Assembly (NCBI GenBank): GCA_963744995.1
Contig: CAVUWA010000002.1
Location: 800,001 to 864,000, forward strand
DNA: 64,000 bases
Source: Candidatus Eiseniibacteriota bacterium
GTDB lineage: Bacteria > Eisenbacteria > RBG-16-71-46
Direction of reading: 5' to 3'
The stretch's first letter is position 1; every line of letters starts with the position of its first letter. Position numbers and translations under genes: made by a program. The notes under the pieces are model-generated. The model was not told the DNA's origin and made no database searches. It was given only the letters and a program-made list of their open reading frames with translations. Positions 57,338-64,000 of the stretch are shown piece after piece.

Positions 57338-58809
57338 CCCGCGCCGCTCACTGGAGATCACTGACGATGTGGAAGAAGGTGGTGCGCGTCACGATCGCGA
57401 TGGCGCTGACCGCGGGCGGCACGGCCCACGCGGGGATCGACAAGGCCGGAACGACGGCCGCGAACTTTCTGACGGTCGGATCCGGCGCAGGGGTGCTCGG
57501 CATGAGCGGCGCGGTGCTCGGTCTCGGCCGCGACCTCAACGCGGCGGCATGGAACCCGAGCGCGCTCGGCTGGGTGAACGAAACCCAGTTCGTGCTGTCG
57601 CACTCGGGGCTCGCCGACGAGCAGGCGCAGGAGTGGATGGGCGCCGGCGGACGCCTGGGGGCCACGGGGACGCGCTGGGCGCTGACGGGCCTCTACCACG
57701 GGCAGGGCAGCTTCGAGGGCCGCGACGCGAGCGGCGCCTCGACCGGCTCGTTCAACGTGTCGAGCACCGCGCTCGGCGTGAACCTGGCGCAGAACTTCGG
57801 CGGCCGCGGCACGGTCGGACTCGGCATGAAGTACGTGAGCGAAGATCTCGGCACCACGCGCGGCAGCGGTGTGACCTTCGATCTCGGGGCCATGCTGCAG
57901 GCCGGCCGCTTCGGCTTCGGCGTTGCAGCGCAGAACCTCTCGGGCAGCATGAAGTACGACGGCGCGTCGTATCCGTTCCCCACGAGCTACGGCATGGGCG
58001 CCTCGGTGTCGCTTCCCGAGCAGGGCCTGCGCGTCGCGGTCGATGCGAACTTCCCCGAGGCCTACTACAGCGACGTCCGCGGCGGCATCGAGTGGATGTG
58101 GCGCGACCAGTTCGCGCTGCGCGCCGGGTATCGCTCCGAGATGGGCGCGGCGTCCGGCGAACCGCTCTCCGGGCCGTCGTTCGGCATGGGGGCGGGGCTC
58201 GGCGGACTGTGGTTCGACTACGGCTACGTGATCTCGGGTCCGGGTGCGGGCGGCGAACATCGCGTCGGCATGACGCTCAGGCCGGGCGGATTCACCGGAG
58301 CCTTCGGTCATGCCGGCCCGGATCAGGCCGACGTGGAATCCTCGCGCAAGGCCAGCGATAGCGGCGCAGCGGCCGCGGCGCGCGCCGAAGCGGACCGCAA
58401 GCGTGCCGCCGCGATCGAGGCCGAGAAGGCCGAGGCGACGCGCCGGCAGGCGGCGAAGTTCGAAGCGGCGAAGGCCGAGGCGGCCAGGCAGGAGGCCGCG
58501 CAGGCGGAGACCGCGAAGCAGCAGGAGGCCGCGCAGGCCGAAGCGGCGAAACAGGAGGCCGCGAAGGCGGAAGCGGCGAAGGCCGCGGCGATCAAGGCCG
58601 CCGCCGACAAGGCTGCTGCGAAGAAGGCGGCCGATGCGGCGCCGAAGAAGATTCCGACCTCGCACAAGGTCGCCGCCGGGGAGACGCTCTACCGGATCGC
58701 GAAGATGTACGGCACCACGGTTCCGAAGATCATGGAGCTGAACAACATGGTGAACGAAACGATCCGTGTCGGCGAGGTGCTGAAGCTGCCGCAGCCCGAG
58801 CGCCGCTGA
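57334..58809 (+). CDS. PorV/PorQ-family outer-membrane beta-barrel fused to an Ala/Lys/Glu-rich linker and C-terminal LysM
   Basis: GTTAANFL...GA..LGMSGA......D..A..WNP..L, FDLG, ALRAGY, FDYGY, EAAKQEAAKAEAAK linker, HKVAAGETLYRIAKMYGTTV..IMELN. Start 57334 or 57367. Confidence 0.82.
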   Translation: MTRAAHWRSLTMWKKVVRVTIAMALTAGGTAHAGIDKAGTTAANFLTVGSGAGVLGMSGAVLGLGRDLNAAAWNPSALGWVNETQFVLSHSGLADEQAQEWMGAGGRLGATGTRWALTGLYHGQGSFEGRDASGASTGSFNVSSTALGVNLAQNFGGRGTVGLGMKYVSEDLGTTRGSGVTFDLGAMLQAGRFGFGVAAQNLSGSMKYDGASYPFPTSYGMGASVSLPEQGLRVAVDANFPEAYYSDVRGGIEWMWRDQFALRAGYRSEMGAASGEPLSGPSFGMGAGLGGLWFDYGYVISGPGAGGEHRVGMTLRPGGFTGAFGHAGPDQADVESSRKASDSGAAAAARAEADRKRAAAIEAEKAEATRRQAAKFEAAKAEAARQEAAQAETAKQQEAAQAEAAKQEAAKAEAAKAAAIKAAADKAAAKKAADAAPKKIPTSHKVAAGETLYRIAKMYGTTVPKIMELNNMVNETIRVGEVLKLPQPERR

Positions 58810-58830
58810 ACGCGGCGGAACGTGACCGGG

Positions 58831-58858
58831 AACGCCGGCCCTCGCGGGCCGGCGTTTT
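58831..58858 (+). terminator. Intrinsic terminator
   Basis: AACGCCGGCCC-TCGC-GGGCCGGCGTT then TT. Confidence 0.85.
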
Positions 58859-58925
58859 CGTTATCGGCGTGGGCCGCAGCGCGGGCGCAGGGCGCACCGG
58901 CGACGTTCCGCCCGCGCAACGCCGC

Positions 58926-59603
58926 TCAGCCGGCCCGGCGTGCCGTGATCACCAGCAGCAGCGGTCGGCCGACGTACTTGCGTGCGGAAGGCGTCTCGCG
59001 CGTCAGGGCCTCGTCGCCGGCGTGGGCCTCGCGCGCGGCGATCTCGAACCCGGCGGCCTCGATGGCCCGCACGTAGTCCCGGGCGGTGTGGCGCTCGGCG
59101 CCGAGACGGTATTCGACCCCCGCGGCCGTGAAGTTCGCCTCGATCCCCGCCGCGGCCATCTCCGGCGCGTAGACGGTGAAGGCCAGGCGGCCGCCCGGCC
59201 CGAGCGCGCGATGGAGCCCGGCGAAGCAGGCGTCGAGATCGGTGAGGTGCTCGCCCACGAGCGCGCAGAGCGCGGCATCGAACACGCCGGGCCGGAACGG
59301 CAGTCCGCGCTGCAGGTCCGCGCGGACCAGCGCAACCCGCTGCGCCCGCCCGCGCGCGACGTCGAGCATACCCGTGGAGAAGTCGACGCCTGTCACGCGG
59401 CACCCCGCGGCGACGAGCCCGCGCAGGTGGCGGCCGGTGCCGCAGCCGGCGTCCAGCACGCGCTCGCCGGCGCGTGGAGCGAGCGCGGTCAGCGCGTGAC
59501 GCTGGTCCATCGCCACCACCGGATTGTCGGTGGTGTCGTAGGTCCGCGCCCAGCGGTCGTAGCCTTCGCGCGGGCCGATGCGCCGGATGCGTGGTTCGCT
59601 CAT
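58926..59603 (-). CDS. Class I SAM-dependent methyltransferase (BioC/UbiE-like)
   Basis: GYDRWA, VLDAGCGTGRH, GVDFSTGML. Confidence 0.88.
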   Translation of the reverse strand: MSEPRIRRIGPREGYDRWARTYDTTDNPVVAMDQRHALTALAPRAGERVLDAGCGTGRHLRGLVAAGCRVTGVDFSTGMLDVARGRAQRVALVRADLQRGLPFRPGVFDAALCALVGEHLTDLDACFAGLHRALGPGGRLAFTVYAPEMAAAGIEANFTAAGVEYRLGAERHTARDYVRAIEAAGFEIAAREAHAGDEALTRETPSARKYVGRPLLLVITARRAG

Positions 59604-60931
59604 GTGTGCTCGCCCCGCTCGCCGTGCGGGGCTGCGCCGGAGAAGGGCAGGAACGCATGCGCGTCCGCGGGCAGCGGACGGCCGAGCAGGTGCGAGGCGA
59701 GCAGATCCCCGGCGGCGTGACAGCCCATGACCCCGAATCCCGACAGCGCGCCGACGATCCATGCCCCCTCTACGGGGAGCGGGCCGACCAGCGGCCGGTT
59801 CGCGGCCGTGCGGCAGTAGTAGCCACCGTCGACGACGCCTTCGGCGGCGCGGCCGACGTAGACGCGCAGGGCCGGGACCATGCGGACCGCGGCGCGCAGC
59901 ACGGCTTCGCCGTAATGGGGATCGAACGCGGGCGGCCACGCCGGCTCGCACACGGCGTCGTCACGCCGCCAGATGAACAGCAGTTCACGCCGGGGTCCCC
60001 GCGACCGCAGGTGCACACCGCCCGGCAGCGGCTCGAGCAGACGTGCGCCGTCGGGTTCGTCCGCGAGCATCCGCCGTTCTGCGGCCGACCACTCGAGCGT
60101 GACCGGATCGTTCCAGATCAGCATCGGTGCATCGCGCGGCACCACGCCTTCCGTGTCGGGCAGGGCGAGCTTCGCGTGCCGCTCGAAGACGAGCGGAAGC
60201 TCCAGGTCCAGCATGCGGGCGAGCTCGCGCATCATCGGACCGGCCGCGAGCACGACGTCTCCGGCGGCGATCGACTCGCCGGACGCGAAGCGCACGCCGC
60301 GCACGCAGCCGCCCGGCGCCTCGATCGCGGCGACCCGATCGCGGCGGATCGACACGCCGGCGTGTTCGAGCTGCATCAGCATCCACTGGCCCGCGGTCCA
60401 GGCGTCGTAGAAGCCGGCCCGGCGCACGTGCAGCAGCCCGGCGATGGCGGGATCCACGTATGGAAACAGGCGTCGTGCCGACGCCGCATCGTCGATCAGA
60501 TCGGCGCCGTCGGGCTGGTCCTTCCAGCGGTCGGGAACGGCCGGTGCATAGGGCTCGGGGCCGGGGTGGCGGCGCAGCGGGCCGGCGCCGTGCGCGGACA
60601 CCGCCGCCGCATCGCGCGCCATGGCCTCGAGGCGCGCGGGGTCGCGCGTGAACTGGACGTAGCCGCGACGGCTCATGCGCACGGTCCCGCCGCCCGCGTC
60701 GACCAGCGCCTCCAGCAGGTCGATGCTGCGGTTCATGAAGCGCACCATCGCCGGATCGGGGCCGGTGAACCAGTTACGGTAGCCGCCGAGATCCTTGTTG
60801 CTGGTGAGCGTGAGCGGCTCGCGCTCGTCCACCAGCACCACGCCGCGCGCACGATTCGCCGCCGCCAGGTGGAAGGCGGTGGCGACGCCCGCCATGCCGG
60901 CGCCCACGACGACGATCCGGGCGGACGCCAT
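59600..60931 (-). CDS. FAD-dependent oxidoreductase, DAO/sarcosine-oxidase-beta family
   Basis: VVVGAGMAG, VVLAAGP, GGYY..T...RPLVGP, GFGVM. Confidence 0.88.
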   Translation of the reverse strand: MASARIVVVGAGMAGVATAFHLAAANRARGVVLVDEREPLTLTSNKDLGGYRNWFTGPDPAMVRFMNRSIDLLEALVDAGGGTVRMSRRGYVQFTRDPARLEAMARDAAAVSAHGAGPLRRHPGPEPYAPAVPDRWKDQPDGADLIDDAASARRLFPYVDPAIAGLLHVRRAGFYDAWTAGQWMLMQLEHAGVSIRRDRVAAIEAPGGCVRGVRFASGESIAAGDVVLAAGPMMRELARMLDLELPLVFERHAKLALPDTEGVVPRDAPMLIWNDPVTLEWSAAERRMLADEPDGARLLEPLPGGVHLRSRGPRRELLFIWRRDDAVCEPAWPPAFDPHYGEAVLRAAVRMVPALRVYVGRAAEGVVDGGYYCRTAANRPLVGPLPVEGAWIVGALSGFGVMGCHAAGDLLASHLLGRPLPADAHAFLPFSGAAPHGERGEHT

Positions 60932-60938
60932 CGCCGGG

Positions 60939-61283
60939 CTACGACTGCTTCGGATCCGCCGCGTACTTGAGGATCTCGACACCCTCGAGCGTGACGAGAC
61001 CCTCCTGGATCATCTCGTCACAGCGGGGGAGGAAGTCACGGATGCGATCCTCGACGTCCACCATCTCGATGACCATCGGCAGGTCCTCGGACAGTCGCAG
61101 GATCTTCGCGGTGTGGAGCCGGCTGTGCGCGCCGAAACCCATCATGCCGCGCGTGACGGTGACTCCTGCGAGCCCGCGTTCGCGAGCCTCCATCAGCAGC
61201 GCCTCGTACAGCGGGCGTCCGTGCCATCGGTCGCTCTCGCCGATGAACACCCTGAGCAGCAAACCACGGCCGGTGATCCGCAT
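60939..61283 (-). CDS. DUF190 (PII-like) protein
   Basis: LRVFIGESD, GLAGVTV.RG..GFG, LS.DLP.VIE.VD; usual partner of crcB. Confidence 0.92.
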   Translation of the reverse strand: MRITGRGLLLRVFIGESDRWHGRPLYEALLMEARERGLAGVTVTRGMMGFGAHSRLHTAKILRLSEDLPMVIEMVDVEDRIRDFLPRCDEMIQEGLVTLEGVEILKYAADPKQS

Positions 61284-61293
61284 GACCGCCTCC

Positions 61294-61674
61294 TCAGAGA
61301 CGCATCCCGAGCGCGAAGCCGGCGATGGTCGCCGCCAGACCCGATGCCAGCGAGCCGCCCCCGTAGAGGAAGCCCGTGAGCCACTGGCCGTCGCGCAACA
61401 GGGAGAACGTCTCGAACGACAGGGCCGAAAACGTCGTGAAACCGCCGAGCAGGCCCACGATGAGCAGCTGCCGCGCCTCCGGCGACAGCATTGCGCGCTC
61501 GATGGCGAGCGCCGAAATGAATCCGATCGCCAGGGAACCGAGCACATTGACGGAGAACGTACCCCACGGGAACAGCGACCCGGTCCAGCGCTGCACCGCG
61601 CCCGCCAGCATCCAGCGCAGCAGGCTGCCGGCAGCCCCGCCGGCGGCGACGAGGAGCAGCGTCTGCCACTTCAC
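61294..61674 (-). CDS. crcB: Fluoride efflux channel Fluc
   Basis: GGAAGSLLRW, PWGTFSVNVLGS, GLLGGFTTFS. Confidence 0.95.
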   Translation of the reverse strand: MKWQTLLLVAAGGAAGSLLRWMLAGAVQRWTGSLFPWGTFSVNVLGSLAIGFISALAIERAMLSPEARQLLIVGLLGGFTTFSALSFETFSLLRDGQWLTGFLYGGGSLASGLAATIAGFALGMRL

Positions 61675-61684
61675 CGGGACGCGC

Positions 61685-62785
61685 TCACAGCGGGAACGCG
61701 CCTTCGAACTTCTGGCCTTCGCCCATGGCGATCGCGTAGCGCATCTGTTCCTCGATGTGGCGCGGCATCCGTGCGTAGACGTCGGCGAAGATCGTTTCGA
61801 TCGCCGGCGGCGGCAGCGCCTCGGCCTCCTTGATCGCCGCGCCGATCTCTTCGTTGAGTTCGGCGGTCCATGCGTCGTCGGTGGCTTCGTCGATCAGGCC
61901 CGCGCCGAGCAGCCAGGCGCGGAAGCGGCGCAGCGGGTCCTTGCGCTCCCATTCGCTGACGAGGCCGCTCTCGCGATAGCGCGTCGGGTCGTCGCTCGAG
62001 CTGTGGCCTCCCATGCGGAACGTGACGGCCTCGACCAGCGTCGGCCCGCCGCCCGCACGGGCGCGGTCAACCGCTTCGCGCGTCGCCGCAATCACCGCGA
62101 GCACGTCGTTGCCGTCCACGCGCACGCCCGGGAATCCGTAGGCCATGGCCTTGACGGCGATGCTCTCGGAGGCGGTCTGCCGGGAGAGCGGCACCGAGAT
62201 CGCCCACTGGTTGTTCTGGCAGAAGAACACCACCGGCAGCTTCATCACGCCGGCGAAGTTCGCGGCGGCATGGAAGTCGCCGACCGAACTCGCACCGTCA
62301 CCCATGTAGCCCATGCAGACCACGTCGTCCTTCCTGAGCTTCGCCGCCCATGCCGCACCCATGGCATGCGGCAGCTGCGTGCCGATCACCGACGACCAGG
62401 CGACCGTCTTCACCTTGCGGTCGCTGAAGTGGCAGGGCATCTGGCGGCCGATCAGCACGTCGCCGCTGTTGCCGATCAGCTGGCAGACCAGCTCGGTGAC
62501 GGTGGTTCCGCGCCACAGCGACACGCCCATCTGCCGCAGCGCCGGGAACACCCAGTCGTCGTCGCGCATCGCGTAGGCGGATCCGGTGACCGCGGCCTCT
62601 TCGCCGGTGGCGGTGCCGTAGAAGCCGATGCGGCCCTGGCGCTGCAGCGACAGCATGCGCTGGTCGAGCACGCGCATCTTGAGCATGTGCCGGTAGAGCC
62701 GGGCGAGGTCGCCCGCGGGAAGTCCCGGATCGGCGCCGACGAGGGCGCCGCTCTCGTCGAGGACCTGCCGGAGTTCGACGCTCAT
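61685..62785 (-). CDS. 2-oxoacid (pyruvate or branched-chain) dehydrogenase E1 alpha
   Basis: QRQGRIGFY, GRQMPCH, GDGA...NNQWAIS TPP motif, HSSSDDP. Confidence 0.93.
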   Translation of the reverse strand: MSVELRQVLDESGALVGADPGLPAGDLARLYRHMLKMRVLDQRMLSLQRQGRIGFYGTATGEEAAVTGSAYAMRDDDWVFPALRQMGVSLWRGTTVTELVCQLIGNSGDVLIGRQMPCHFSDRKVKTVAWSSVIGTQLPHAMGAAWAAKLRKDDVVCMGYMGDGASSVGDFHAAANFAGVMKLPVVFFCQNNQWAISVPLSRQTASESIAVKAMAYGFPGVRVDGNDVLAVIAATREAVDRARAGGGPTLVEAVTFRMGGHSSSDDPTRYRESGLVSEWERKDPLRRFRAWLLGAGLIDEATDDAWTAELNEEIGAAIKEAEALPPPAIETIFADVYARMPRHIEEQMRYAIAMGEGQKFEGAFPL

Positions 62786-64000
62786 GCGATGTCTCCTTCC
62801 TCGAGCCAGGTGCCCGGCTTTTCGAGCCGCTCGATGACCTTGTACAGGAAGTCCGCGCCGACCGCACCGTCGACGACGCGGTGGTCGAGCGACAGCGACA
62901 GATTGGTCATGTCGCGGGCGACGATGTCGCCGCCCACCACGACGGGCTTCGGCTTGATCTCGTGCACGCCGAGGATCGCGACCTGCGGATGATGCAGGAT
63001 CGGGGTGGCCAGCAGGCCGCCTTTCGCGCCCGTGCTGGTGATCGTGAACGTACCGCCGTGCAGCTCCGCGGACGTCAGCTTGTGGCGGCGCGCCGCGTCG
63101 GCGAGCCGCTCGACTTCGCGCGCGACCCGGAACAGGCTCATCCGGTCGGCGTCGTGCAGGATCGGCACCGTGAGCCCGTCCGTCGTGTCGGTGGCGACGC
63201 CGATGTGGTAGTAGCGCTTGAGCACGATCTCGCCCTGCTCGTCATCGAGGGTCGCGTTGAGCAGCGGGAAGTCCTTGAGCGGCTGGATCAGCGCTTTCAC
63301 GACGTAGGCCATGTAGGTGAGCTTCACCTGCTCCCGGTCGGCGCGCGTCTTGAGCGCGGCGCGGTGCGCCACGACTTCGGTCATGTCGCACTCGGCCACG
63401 AACGTGAACGGCGCCGCGGTCGAGAGCGAGCGGCGCATGTGCTCGGCGATTCGTTTGCGCAGCCCGCGCAGCGGCACGCGCTCTTCGGGTCCCGCGGGCG
63501 CCGCCGGGGCGCCGCCCGGCCCGGCGCCGGTGCCCGCGGCCTGCTCCACGTCCCCGGGGGTGATCCGCCCGCCCGGCCCGGTGCCGGTCACGTCCTCGAG
63601 CACCACGTTCAGCTGCTTCGCCAGCTGGCGCACGGCGGGAGTCGCCTGCACCTGCGTGCCCGCGGCAGACGTGCCGGTCGCAGCCGGGGCGGCCGGGGCC
63701 GAAGACGCGGCGTGCGCGGCGTGCGCCGGGGCGGCCGGCGCCTCCCCGGCGCCCTCGGCCTCGCCCTCGACGGCGATCGAGACGATCACGGTGCCGACCG
63801 GAACGGTGTCGCCCTCTTCGGCCATGAGCGCGGCGATCGTGCCGGTGCGCGGCGAGGGGATCTCGACGCTGGCCTTGTCGGTCATGACCTCGACGAGTGG
63901 CTGATCCTCCTTCACCGTCTCGCCCTGCCTGACGAGCCAGCGGACGATCTCGCCTTCCGCCACGCCTTCGCCGATATCGGGAAGCTTCACCTCGTAGGGC
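62782..64000 (-). CDS. 2-oxoacid dehydrogenase E2 dihydrolipoamide acyltransferase (start codon probably straddles the right edge)
   Basis: PYEVKLPDIGEG, lipoyl TDKA, ATPAVRQLA subunit-binding domain, DHRVVDG. Confidence 0.95.
   Translation of the reverse strand, partial: PYEVKLPDIGEGVAEGEIVRWLVRQGETVKEDQPLVEVMTDKASVEIPSPRTGTIAALMAEEGDTVPVGTVIVSIAVEGEAEGAGEAPAAPAHAAHAASSAPAAPAATGTSAAGTQVQATPAVRQLAKQLNVVLEDVTGTGPGGRITPGDVEQAAGTGAGPGGAPAAPAGPEERVPLRGLRKRIAEHMRRSLSTAAPFTFVAECDMTEVVAHRAALKTRADREQVKLTYMAYVVKALIQPLKDFPLLNATLDDEQGEIVLKRYYHIGVATDTTDGLTVPILHDADRMSLFRVAREVERLADAARRHKLTSAELHGGTFTITSTGAKGGLLATPILHHPQVAILGVHEIKPKPVVVGGDIVARDMTNLSLSLDHRVVDGAVGADFLYKVIERLEKPGTWLEEGDIA

Noticed and set aside
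58360..58650. Imperfect nucleotide repeats (gaggccgcg/aaggcc)
   Set aside because: They simply encode the EAAK-type helical linker and are not an independent repeat element
61675..61684. Fluoride riboswitch before crcB
   Set aside because: Only 10 nt of intergenic space
60..63990. Many long Arg/Ala/Pro-rich ORFs overlapping real genes (e.g. 997..3009 -, 10798..12732 +, 15265..17358 +, 25646..28642 -, 51826..53619 +)
   Set aside because: Shadow frames expected at very high GC; no motifs, and they lie antisense or out of frame to well-supported genes
1..64000. CRISPR arrays, tRNA/rRNA, transposases, integrases or prophage genes
   Set aside because: No regularly spaced repeats, RNA-gene signatures or DDE/tyrosine-recombinase motifs seen by eye

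Overview
A very GC-rich bacterial chromosome segment, gene-dense, with no rRNA, tRNA, CRISPR array or mobile element that I could recognise. Four proteins end in FlgD-Ig/T9SS-like C-terminal sorting domains (CTDs), and there is a PorV/PorQ-type barrel and a DUF6029-like remnant. These suggest an FCB-related candidate phylum such as Eisenbacteria, which is inference only. Housekeeping content includes an MFS transporter, a renalase-like oxidoreductase, modABC, fabI, a KimA-like APC transporter, family-5 UDG, S9 and M48 peptidases, a heparinase II/III-like protein, thrH, lrp-lat, a NUDIX-MBL fusion, crcB-DUF190, and 2-oxoacid dehydrogenase E2 and E1-alpha. The main points of interest are: (1) a single-locus type IV pilus cluster (pilT-B-C-A-V-W-X-M-N-O-P-Q...pilD) containing an exported TPR-CHAT caspase-like protease whose C-terminal membrane anchor is hidden by a frameshift; (2) a divergent operon of FN3 proteins plus a PorV-type barrel fused to a TolA-like linker and LysM; (3) a cobalamin riboswitch controlling btuB and a BtuG-like beta-propeller that carries a CTD instead of a lipid anchor; (4) two decayed gene remnants near 7.8-8.5 kb; (5) several apparently leaderless genes. 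All calls come from motif recognition by eye; no searches were run.
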